A DNA stretch of 64,000 nucleotides from Podarcis melisellensis (Eukaryota): assembly GCA_964234715.1 (NCBI GenBank), contig OZ174277.1; one strand, 5' to 3'. Below, piece by piece: positions 1-12,000 of this stretch. Under the pieces are notes generated by a model. It was not told the origin of the DNA. It was given only the letters and a program-made list of their open reading frames with translations, and searched no databases. The first letter of the stretch is position 1. Each line of letters starts with the position of its first letter. The translations under genes were made by a program, and so were the position numbers.

Positions 1-93
1 GTGTCTTCAAGTGATCTTTCCCAGCAGCCCCAGGTAGTACTACTAATGTGAGTTCTACTTCAGAAGATAATGATTTTTTTTACCCTGATATAA

Positions 94-144
<51 letters not shown>

Positions 145-1210
145 TTTTATTTATATCCCGCCCTCCCCAGCCAAAGCTGGGCTCAGGGCGGCTAACAACA
201 ATCAAAATAGTTCAACATTCTAAAAACATTCATTATAAAATTAATTAAAATCAAATTAATGGCAACCATCAAGCAAAATTCTGTGCAGGTTGCCAGAGGA
301 GGGAGTCAGGCTGTGCCCTGGCCAAAGGCCTGGTGGAACAGCTCTGTCTTGCAGGCCCTGCGGAAAGATGTCAGGTCCCGCAGGGCCCTAGTCTCTTGTG
401 ACAGAGCGTTCCACCAGATTGGAGCCGCGGCCGAGAAAGCCCTGGCTCTAGTTGAGGCCAGCCTAACCTCTCTGTGGCCTGGGATCTTTAGGATGTTTTT
501 ATTTGCAGACCGTAAATTTCTCTGTGGGACATACCAGGAGAGGCGGTCCCGTAGGTACGAGGGTCCCATTAAAGGTTAAAACCAGCACCTTAAACCTGAT
601 CCTGTACTCCACCGGGAGCCAGTGCAGCTGGTATAGTACTGGATGAATATGATCTTGCAGTGAAGACCCCATAAGGAGTCTCGCCGCGGCATTCTGCACC
701 CGCTGGAGTTTCTGAGTCAGTCTCAAGGGCAGCCCCACGTAGAGTGAGTTACAATAATCCAGTCTGGAGGTGACCGTCGCATGGATCACAGTGGCTAGGT
801 CAGGGCGAGAGAGATAAGGAGCCAAATGCTTAGCTTGGCGGAGATGAAAAAATGCCGCCTTTGTTATAGCTGTAATCTGTGCCTCCATAGAGAGGGAGGT
901 ATCAAAGATTACACCCAAACTCTTAACGGATGGTGCTGGCACTAATTGCACCCCCGCAAGATGGGAGTTGCCCCCTCAATCCCATATCGCTCCGTCCCAG
1001 CCAGAGGACCTCTGTCTTCGAGGGATTTAACTTCAACCGGCTCCCACGTAACCATCCAGCCACAGCTTCCAAACATCTGGTCCGTGTATCTGGGGCCGAG
1101 TCAGGATGGCCGTCCATCAACAGATAGAGTTGGGTGTCATCGGCATACTGATGGCAACCCAGCCCAAATCTCCGGACAAGCTGGGCGAGGGAGCGCATAA
1201 AGATGTTAAA
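94..1210 (-). mobile_element. L2-clade LINE, 5'-truncated 3' fragment with (TTA)n tail
   Basis: frameshifted minus ORFs with CHQYADDTQLY, LKLNPSKTEVL, SRLDYCNSLY, QNAAARLL; (AAT)n at 94-140. Confidence 0.92.
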
Positions 1211-2934
1211 AAGCACATAAAAGAGGCACATATATCTGAAGCTTGTCTTGGAAGTCTGATTTTGCATTTCAGCATGCAGCCCCCACATGGACCTCATGGT
1301 CCCAAAGCACTAATCTTTCTCCCCTGCTCCATATCAGCACCCTGATGGGGAATTGCACACAGCAAACGTTTTGAGTGGAGACTTTCCCCTGCCAAATCAT
1401 GCTTTCTTTTTCATTCTCTTCCTGTATTTATGACTTAATGCTGAGACATCAAGCAGGAAGCACCTGAGCTGATGCACTCTAGCAGCACTCTAGACTTTAT
1501 TTAGTGAAAGGAAATGTTGATAGTCAAAACCTTTTATAGAACCATTTTTCTTGCTACCTTTATTTTTTCTTTGTTTTTGTTTATGGAAAATGAATGCCTT
1601 TTTTGAATTACTTTTTCCTCTTAGGAAACCTAAGCGCAGTATAATAATAATAATTTTTGTTTGAAGTACTGTTTATAAAGGAATGGCTTTCTTGTTTATG
1701 TCTAGTGGAATAATATTTCTTAAAACTGAGCTTGTGATGAGGTAGCTTGTATCATGAACAGTTGCTTAAGGGAAGAGAATGGTGTCACCCATCCAAGCAT
1801 AACTGTGAATGAGAAACTTGGCACATATCCTTAACACATCAGCGTGAACATGAGACGGCTCTGTTTCAGCTCACAGATTTCCTCAGTATTAACAGTTAGC
1901 GATGCGTGACATTATGTTTGCTTTCAACTTTGGCATCTTAATCACAGGATCACCCATACTTTCCTGCATGGGCAAATATACTATTAGAATGAATTGTGAA
2001 CCAATGTGATCAATTGTCACAAGCATTATCTTGTCACTAGCTCTGTTAAACAGTAGCCATAGCCAGCTATCTCATAAGAGTGCTTACTTTAGATATTCAG
2101 AATATTTGTGACTTTCTAGTACAAAACTACTCAGATTTGAAGTCATTTTTGTTGGTTTTCTAAAAAAAATTTCATTCCATACAGAAATATTTTACTTCTA
2201 AGGTTCTAAATCCACAACCTCATAGAACTATCTACAGAAGGCTGTCAATTTTCCTTTATTCCTGGGTGAAATATCTGTATAACATAGATGAAATGTCACA
2301 GAGCCATATTAGCTTCCTCTCTTTTAAAAAAGTTAAATCTGATAACTATACCACTATGTTTGAATCTTATAATATAATAATATAATAGAGCTGGTTGAAA
2401 TTGCTGATTGGAATGCTTTACTGGTAGTTTTCAAATTATCAAGTACAGCCTTCATTTATTCCACCTGCCACTGCTTACAGTTTGCAAACCAGAACAGATT
2501 AATAGATAAGTTATAACATACCAGTACAGACCCAGTGTGGAATCCTTTTCCAGTACAGACAAGTGCTGAAATGGATTTTGTGCATGTAGTCCATTTTAGA
2601 CTTTCAAAAATTGACAAAGTATGTGTCATGTTCACAAAATATAAAACAGGAAGTTAGACAAACTCTTCCTTTTGAGTAGATATTGACGTACCATTAGTTT
2701 GGCAAACGGGGGCATGCCGGAAAATATGGGACATTATAAAAACATAGTGACAAAAATTGGCCATGTTTCACATTCATTTCACTAATACTTTCAAGAGGCA
2801 GTCCTTCAGAGATACTGAAAGACTATCTCTTTTAGGCAAAAGTCTTTTAGCTCAAGAGTTTCACTGCCAAATAAATACTTTGCAGTTATGTATTCCTCCT
2901 TACAACAAACGTAAAGTTTCAGTGTACCCTTTAG

Positions 2935-3011
2935 CAGTGCTATTTTTCTAGAAAAATAGGTACTTGAACTCACCATAGACACTTCCCTGAGTTCCAAATA
3001 GAAAAAGCCCT
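2935..3011. mobile_element. Short MITE-like remnant
   Basis: imperfect termini CAGTGCTATTTTTC ... GAAAAAGCCCTG; related half-copy near 7892-7935. Confidence 0.35.
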
Positions 3012-5094
3012 GCCCTTTTGTACCAGTACTTGAAAATCATAGCTAGAGTCTGAAGAGGGAAAGATGTTACAGCTATATCTGAACATATTCAGTATGATCA
3101 GTTTACTGTATTGGATTTTAGTATTCACCATGTATAAAATAATTTGAAAATGTATCTTTGCAGACATTATGAAGCATTGTTGAAACCATTAAAGTTTTCA
3201 GGGTTTTGATATGTAGAAATTAGTGACCTTCTGAGACATTTAAGCTGCAATTCTAATGATGTATACTCAGAATTTTGCCCCATTGATTCCAATGAGTTAC
3301 TCTGTGGTGTGGTTAGGCCTGCAGCCTTAGAGATAGATTTTCACAAGAGTGTTTCTTGAATGATAGATGTAGTTCGTATGTCAGTCTCGCAGAGCTATGA
3401 ATGCTCAAGCAAATCATGTATTGTGTGGTTAATATAGGTTGTATTTGTACTATAGTATAAATATATATTTTAAAATTAATAATTTAGTATAATTGAGTCT
3501 GGTTTAATCATTAAGTACCGTCATTGAACAGATGGCAGGAGAAGACACAACTGATTTGCTGTCTGGTTAGATTTAGAAATCTGATAGCTTAATGGCTTCA
3601 TATTTATTTGTGATAGATTTTGTTGCATGAAAAAGATACCTAATCCCTGATTATGTGATGTCTGAATCTGTAGTTTATAGTGGTGATAGCATTTGAGAAT
3701 AACAGACTCCCCTCTATTTACTATGCTTTTTGAACTAATGTATTATCATTGTGGGTGCTCTTGTCTGTTTTTCCTCCAGTTGAAATTAATGTAACTTGTC
3801 ATATGTAGGTTGCTTTTAAATGTAAAATTGCTTAAGGCTATCTTTTACTGCTGGGCTGCCTATTGACTTCTAGACAAATTTGCCCTATTTTGTTAGGCTA
3901 TTTGCCAGTGAAGCATTCTCATTTTCCACCTTACAAAAGGAGCTATTCAGATATGTAGGATTCATTGCCTTAGAATATATATAGTGTGACTTTCGAGATT
4001 GCCACTGGCAACTTATGTTTGTCTCATGCAGATATTTTTCTGTAATCCCATAAAGTGTAGGTCTATTTTTGTACTGGAAATATTTCAGAAGCAATGATCC
4101 TGCTTTTTAATATTGAGACTATGAACTGAAAGTAGCACCACATATTACACTGTTAAATTCAATGGAAACCACAAATAAGTTACTATGTTTTGAGATATGT
4201 TTTCCCCATCCTGCTCTAGAGCATACCTCAGGAAGCAGTCCAAGGTGCATGGAGGCCGAGGTCTTCCTACTCCTCTAGGTCTTCCTCCATTAGTGATAGC
4301 TTAGTAGAATAGCCATCTAGAGCCACTGTGATTTTCAATTGGTCCAGATGCACACATGACTCATAACCTGAAACATGGATCCCACTTTCAGATTTTCACT
4401 CTTGATTAAAAATTAATAGTGTGAATAATGCACATTTTCAAATCCTAAAATTACTAATTCTAAGATGGCAGTTCAGAGGAATATACATAGTGTTACCTGG
4501 ACATTGCTACTATATCAAAAGCAGTGATTTTTTAAAACAGTATTGTAATTAAAAACAGATTTACGTTGAAGAGTCAAGAGTGTCTGTGCAAACAGGTGAG
4601 TCTTCAAAAACCAGTAGAATTCCAATACTGATAGGGCCTCTCATAATTCAGCAGAAAGTGTATTCCATATATACAACTTGAATATTGAAAGAAAAAAAAT
4701 GCAACATGCAGTGCCCATCACTGGGGAAGAGAAATGCCAATATAGAAATCACATAATTTACTTGAAAATTAAAGCAGTGCTTCTCCAACAAATGGAAGAG
4801 GAAACAAAACCGAGAACTAGACGAATGGGTTTCTTCTGCTGAGGAGGAAGAAGTCCCCTGCCGCTATTTCTCATTCTTAAGGTGATCTGAACTGCCCTTA
4901 ATCAGGAGCAAACCCTTTGAACCTCTGTAGGTTTTGTAACTTGATTCTAATACATGTTTGCAGAGAACCAAGAGCAATTATATGCATGTCTACTCAGAGG
5001 CATGTCCTGTTGAGTTCAATGGGACTTACTCCTAACTGTGTATAGGATTACAGCTTAAATCTACAGATCTCAGGTGGTGTCCAGAGAATTATCT

Positions 5095-5365
5095 AGTCCT
5101 GAGAACGGGGCCTTTTCTGCAGTGGCTCACTGTTTGTGGAATGGTCTCACCAGGAACACTCACCTGGCACCTTCATTACATACCTTAGATGTTAGGTGAA
5201 AACATTCCTCTGCTCCTAGGCCTTTGGCTGATGAAACAAACTACGACCTTTTAAACTGTGTGTGGGGTTATTGTTTTCTTTGTTATTATAGTATGTATTT
5301 TTGTGTTTTTATACTGTAAAGTGCCCTGTGATCCTTTGATGAAGGGTGGTATATAAATTTATTAT
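5095..5365 (+). mobile_element. Degenerate L2 3' end
   Basis: encodes an AFSAVAHCLWNGL-like remnant, followed by a T-rich 3'UTR and gggtggtatataaattt end. Confidence 0.6.
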
Positions 5366-6404
5366 TTAAAAAGCAGCAATTCTCAACATGTGTGTGACTG
5401 GGGGTGGGAAGCAGTGTATATGGTGGCATGAACAGGCTGCTTTTCCACTTACAACCTGCTTGCCTTCTCAGCTGGGTGTCGGTGGTAAAAATATTCAAAA
5501 TACTTTTGGTTACATGTGTGTGCACTCCGCACTGCGCCCCACCCCCCTGCTTGTTCCATGAGTGTGAAGAATTGCAGCCTAAACCTTTCCTTCTTAAAAA
5601 CATTTGCAAGACACCCTTTGAGGCAGCTAACAATTTTTAAAGAGAAAAAAATAGTCAATTTCAAAGTAAGTCAGATTATATAACTGCAGCTTAGATCCCA
5701 AATGTTTGCTTAAATAAGTGAGCCCTATATTTTTCCTGAAGGTTAATAAAGGGGTGAATTACTACAGCTCTGCTGGGAACTGATTCAAAAGCCTGAGGCC
5801 ACTGTCGAAAGGAGAGGGTGCAGGGAATAAATAAAGTTTAGTACTGCACTTTGAATTCTTTTTTCCTCCTGCCTTATTGGGTAGTGTGTTGATTATTTAT
5901 TTGCAGTTCTGCAGGTTTTAAGATTTCAGTTATGTTGGCCTTCCACTGGGATCAGAAATAATTGCTGCTTCCTACTCACATCTGCCAGACTCATGGGAAG
6001 AGCTTTCTTCAGCTGCATGTCTTGGCTTCTAGAATTTCTGTGAGATCCTTCCTTGACCGCTGCCAAGAAAAGCTATTTCCTTTGTCTAGCAGTAGCTACT
6101 GGTACAAAGACTTGGGCCTTCTGCTGTAATTGATCAGTAACAGCTGAGCTGCCTTTACACTTACACTTTGATTACTACAGAATCAAGACTCTCCATCTCA
6201 TCCTATCTAAAACAGGCATTTCTAGGTTGAAAATCTTTGCCAAAAGCCGATACGATTTACAACTTGTATCCAAATACTTACTGGTATTTGGTTTTGTTGT
6301 CTGCCAGTGCTGAATCAGACAAAGGCCTCTATAATCCAGTACCCTATGTCCCACAGCAGCAAACCACAAGCAGAACATGTTGGTACTACTAACTACTAGC
6401 CTCC

Positions 6405-6565
6405 GTCCAGTAGCACCTTAGAGACGAACTAAGTTTGTTGTTGGTATGAGCTTTTGTGTGCATGCACAGAAGGTACTAACAAACTTAGTTGGTCTCTAAG
6501 GTGCTACTGGAAGGAATCCACCCCCCACCCCCGACTATGGCAGACCAACATGGCTACCTACCTGT
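6405..6565. mobile_element. Penelope-like element remnant with inverted termini
   Basis: 34-bp inverted repeat 6406-6439/6478-6511 (one mismatch); 11-bp direct repeat TACTAGCCTCC at 6394 and 6566; family call from recollection. Confidence 0.65.
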
Positions 6566-8896
6566 TACTAGCCTCCTGTTCTTCTTACCTACTAGCTACT
6601 CATCTGATCATGAAAGTAGCATACAGGCATGATGTCTAGCAGCTGGTGATGTTAGGCTTATTCTCTGTGAAGTCTGCTAATCTCATCTAAATTAGTGGTG
6701 ATCTCCATATTTTATGTTAGTGAATTCCATTACATTTTATGCAATTTTTAGTTTATGTATGTGACACACAGATAGAAGCTATGTATTCGGGAGACCTAGG
6801 TGCTGGGTTCTTGGTATAATACCATGTTTTAGTTTTATGCTGGTTTGAATGTATGCATTATTTGTTTGCTGATGTTGTAAGTGGCTTTTGAGTTACATTT
6901 TTTGGGGGGAAATTAATAAGTTTAATAAATATCTCTTGGAGTGCATTTCCATCAAATATTAATTATATGAACAGCTATTTTTGGTTCTACATAGCATCTT
7001 GTATTGGTTCTTCTGTTTTATAAAGTCAGGGTTTGAAAAAATGGGTAATAACAATCTTACAGTGTTCTCTATCAGAAGAAAACTTTAGTAGAAGAAATAT
7101 TAATCTGAATCTCATGGCTGTTTCCATGTTGTGATTAAATTTAATACAGTGCTATGAGGAAGAGGGTGAAAGCTAGGGAGATACACTTTAAAAAGTATGT
7201 GAGGCTCTTCTGCTTCCTAAATTCTAGAGCTTTGATGTTTTTAGTTATTACATTTGAACCCTTTCCTCCCTTTGTGCTAATGTTTCTTATAGTTGACAGG
7301 TTTTTTTCCAGAGTTAATTTTGGACACACACAGTTTCACAACAGAAAAGAGTCTTCTTAAGAATGTGTGAGAACAAAAGCTACCCACTGGTAGAGGTGTC
7401 CCTTGCGTTTCTGCATGAGTTAATTATTCTGAATGTGCTTCCTGTTTGAAAGAAAGAAAAGCCAATAGAGTAGCTTGTTCCCATTTCCCTGAGGGCAACC
7501 AATTTTGCTGCATCTCTATCAGGAGCAATTGATCTAATTACACACAAAGCAGAGACATGTCAGAATTGTTCTCCAGTAGGCTAGAGCCATTAATCATGCA
7601 GATGCAGTGGGCAGCCTCCTCTGTGCTGAGTACTTTTGGCAAGGCTGGCGCTATGATTTTGGAAGCTCTTGGGGCAAGAGATAGTTGGAGTACCTGCTTA
7701 TCAAGCCTCTTGCCCAGGAGCTTCCAAAATCATAGAAGTGAATTGACGCAAGGGGCAGCATATCAGATCAAATGCTTCTGTTACTTCCTCATCTGCTGCT
7801 TCATCTTGCACCAATTCAGATTTTGCACATGAAGTGGACCTAAGGTAATCTGGGGTGAGGGTTCTTTCCCCATATGCATAATGCATGCACTCAGTGCTTT
7901 TTGTTTTAGAAAAAAAAAGATGCCGGTACTCATTATGATGCTGTTACTTTAAGTGTCACACATTTAACATTTTTTTTTTGGGGGGGGGGAGGTGCTGGGA
8001 CTGCACATTTTATGAAAAGTAGATCTAAAAGGCTAAGGGAAGGGTTAATTTTACGCTTAAGAAAAAAAGCAAACATTGAAAAATGAACAAGTCTATGAAA
8101 GATTATTGGAGTGAATCCCAGTACACTTAGATGTGGGGTTGCTCAGATAGTCAGAGATTGGGACAAAGGAATAGGAGCACCATATTCCTTATTTATGGTA
8201 TTGGAACTGGTAGGTGGGGATTGAGTGACAGGCTTCTCAGCACAATCAATGGATTGAGTTTCTCATATCCATATATATTTGGAGGCTGGCATAGTTTTAT
8301 TTAAAAAGGAGTTTGCTTGGGCTATCCCTGGCCGTCTTGACATAATCATGGGATAGCTCAGATTGTATACACAAATGTGGCAAGAGTTATAGGTCTTGGC
8401 CTCCCTGAATGAATGGAGGCTAGGAAGACTGTGTTTTACAAAGAGGTCTTACCTAGAATGGCAGACAAAAGAGCTGTGAGTCATATTTTGAAGTATTCCC
8501 CATCCATATGCTTGTGTAGCATTGTCCTTGCAGCCCTAGTTACAGCAGTGGAATTGAGCCTTTCAGCTAGTATTTTTATCTGGACTCCTGACACATATAA
8601 CAGATCTGAGAACACAAGTATTGTCTATCTGGCCTTCCTTCTTTGTTCTTAGCCTTGCTTGTTTGTATAAACAAAGTGCCCCCAGTATTGAAGGTTCTAT
8701 AGATATGAGAGCACAGTAATATATCAAAGTGCTTCTATTATTTTTGCAGCCCCCCCACTCCCGCAAAAAAGTTTGTGAATCTGGATTATATTTGAGTAAC
8801 TAGTAACTGTCTTTCTCCTTAGCTGACACATAAATTTCCCTTTGTGAATTTCAACTAAATGAACTTTCTTTAATTTACTTTCATGTTTTATTTCAG

Positions 8897-9005
8897 CAAC
8901 CCTAAGGCATCTAGTCAAAGAGTAAATAAGAAAATCAACAATGATGCATCACTTCGAATTCAAAATTTATCTATTTTGGTGAAGCAAATAAAATCATACT
9001 ATCAG
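8897..9005 (+). CDS. CCDC88A: Girdin exon 3 (HOOK domain; [20 protein letters not shown]...YYQ)
   Basis: tttcag|C ... CAG|gtaagt, 109 nt. Confidence 0.95.
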
Positions 9006-12000
9006 GTAAGTGATTTTTTCTTTCTTTTAAAAAGCATTTGTAAAGATGTGTTTTGTGGACAGTGCTAAGCTAATATAGACACAATTGTCTAAATTGTGAA
9101 TTTGGTTTGCTGTGCTGCTGTTCTTCTCCTTTCCTCTATGAAACCCATAATGAATCAGAATGTCTCTATTTGAAGTTGACAGTGAGCTAGTTAGCAGGTA
9201 ACTTTAAAACATGATTAAAAGTAAACTGTGGTTTACCCAAAGAGCTCACTGTGCTGGTTCATGCAGCTAATATAGTGCTTGCTTTGCTCTACCCATGCTC
9301 CTTCTGCTGCCTTGCAGCCGGCAAACAAGGCAAGAGATCCAAATCTGGATACTATCCAAACAAACCATGAGCCCAGGTTTGGATGTCATGAGAAGCTAGA
9401 AATTGACTTGTTTTCTGATGGCGTGCCAACAGTTGGGGAGGAGCAAAGCAAGCTCTGTGCATTAGCATTCTGCTGATTCACATTTAACCAGGGATCACTA
9501 ACACAGTGCCTGGGGGTGCCATGGGAGACACTGGTGGACGCGAAAGGTCCCTACAAATATCTGCTCAAAAATCCACAGTGCATTAGAGACTGCTTTTCTC
9601 CTTCCTGTTGGCCGGGATTGGATATCAACCCTCACTTCCATTTAAACAGCTGAGAGGTGCAAAGAGCATCTCTTTCTGAAAGAGTGGTAACTAATTTAGG
9701 TGTCTTCCCTCTCCCCATTGATGGGTGCATGTCCACATCTTTTTGTATACCTGTCATAGATGGCCATTATTTCTTATTTCTGTCAAAGCACCTAAACAAC
9801 ATTCTTTTGAGTTGAAAACCATCCTAAATACAATACTAAAATTTAGAGGGCAGAGCAGGTTAAAATAATTGATTTCCATGACAGGAGTGTTGTGATTGGA
9901 GTGTCAGAATGTTGATTCATCCAGAAGGAACACTTTACCTTTCTGGTATCTTCATCTTCTGCTATTTTCTGGTAGAACTATAAAATTTCAGTATAATGGG
10001 TTATATTTTATTATGTCATACTCAGACTAAAACAATTGAAATGAATTGGTGTGACTAATGAGTCTATTGTTGCCAAGGGTCTACCCTTGAGTATGACTTA
10101 TTGGAACCAGCTGAATGTATTTTAAATGCCGTCTGATCCTTAATTGCTTGGATGTAGCTAATACTTCCATCAGCTCATCTTTTTCTGATCAGTATTTTAT
10201 ACTATGGAACTTAGATTTGCTTCCCAGTAATGACTCAGCTTTATGTGTATAGAAAATGTAAACTTAAATTCATTATATTAAATTCATTTCAGCACCTCGG
10301 ATCCTTTAGATTCAGTTCTGTTGTTACATCATTTTGTTATCTACTTAAAATCCTATCTTGCTTTGAGAAGTAGATTATCAGTTTCTTCATAACTGTGTCA
10401 AAATATGTTGTACAACAGCTGAAAGAAAAGAGGACAGCCCTCTTAATCATGCAGAACATAAATTTGGACATTTTTATTGAACATATGGCAAAATCCCTGT
10501 AATATAGAAAAACAGTCTTGTGCTGCCAAATCTGTGTATGTGTTAGCAGCTGCTGTGATAGGTTTCCAGATGTTAGAGGGAATACACACTAACGTTAAAG
10601 AATTAGGTACTGTCTAGACTGAGGATTTTCGCTCATTACCACTGCTGCACACTGGTATAGTTAGAACAGGTCAACTTCCATGAGATTGTTCATGGAACAC
10701 ATAAATTGTACTTGTTTTCTTTTTAAATATTTTTTTTTTCATTCCTGGACAACACTGCACATTCCAGTTGAAGCAAATTTGCACTATATCTGTAGTCCTT
10801 GTTGACCTGACTATTGTGATACAGTTCATTCTTGTCTGTCTGTAGTCTGCATTTTTAAATTTTCCTAGACCTTGATCAATGGAGGAAATTACTTTTATTA
10901 TCAATTATATCTTGAATATGATACTGTTTTTAATTTGTTAACTTCATACTTAATGAGCAATCACTGGGTTTTAAATTTTTTGTCTCAGTCTTATATACAC
11001 ATTAAAGTTAACAAATGTTCATTTTTCATGTTTATTGTGAGTGTCTGGTGGACCTAATGCAGACTAGTCAGGTGGGTCTGAGGTTTTTTATTATTATAAG
11101 GTTACAAATTGTTCCTGGAGGAATGCTTAGTGCATGTATCAGACAGCATCCTACATCAGTGATAATATTATTAATTCAATTTATTTGTTGTCTAATACAA
11201 AATGTCTCTAGGCAGCTTACATACATAATTAAAAACAACCACCAAGTATACAATAACAGTACCCCACCCCCTTAAAAACCCACAGAAATCATGATGATAG
11301 TATTCTCTCAAATGCTTGGGTTAAGAGGCAGGTTTTAATCTGGCACCGAAAGGATGTAAGTGTTGGAGAGTGCATTTCATAGAGCGAAGGGCATCAGATG
11401 ATGATAGTAGGGACTGGATACATCCAAGTCTAATGACACATTCCCTTAGATAATGGGATCCTGGGCTGAGTTTTGCAGGTTGAAAGTAGCACTTTGAAGT
11501 GGAATCAGAAACATATGTGCAGCCTCCTATATATGGTTTAGACCAGGTACGGACTTTGGTCTTTCAAATTTAAGCAGCGCCTTGTGCAAGGCCAAAAATG
11601 GCCCCCGCCTTCCGTTCTGCTCAGTTCACTAGATCATAGTTGTACTGCCCTGCTTTGTCACCAGGGCTCGGTACCCAGTGAGGCAGAAATGGTCACACTG
11701 CCCTAAATCCACCTCAAACAGTGCAGTCCTATGTACTAAGGTCATTGGGTCTTACTCCTAGGTAAGTATAGATAAAGAAATGTAGCCTAGGTATATGTTA
11801 AATAAGAAGTGAGTTTGAATGGGTGCTTCATTATTTTAAAGATATTTGTGTTTTTAGTTAACATATGGATGGTGTGGTCATCCTTCGCACAGCTCTTGTA
11901 AATCTTTACATTCATTTCTATAGGAGACATTGCAACAATTGATTATGATGCCTTTGCCAAACATCTTGATAATTGGCAAAAATCCCTTTTCAGGTAAGTA

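Noticed and set aside
259-1345. Cluster of overlapping ORFs, including a YADD reverse-transcriptase motif
   Set aside because: Frameshifted, 5'-truncated L2 retrotransposon; the + strand ORFs are antisense shadows.
1-8896. Search for Girdin exons 1-2 or a CpG-island promoter
   Set aside because: No matching peptide or CpG island found; the region is intron 2.
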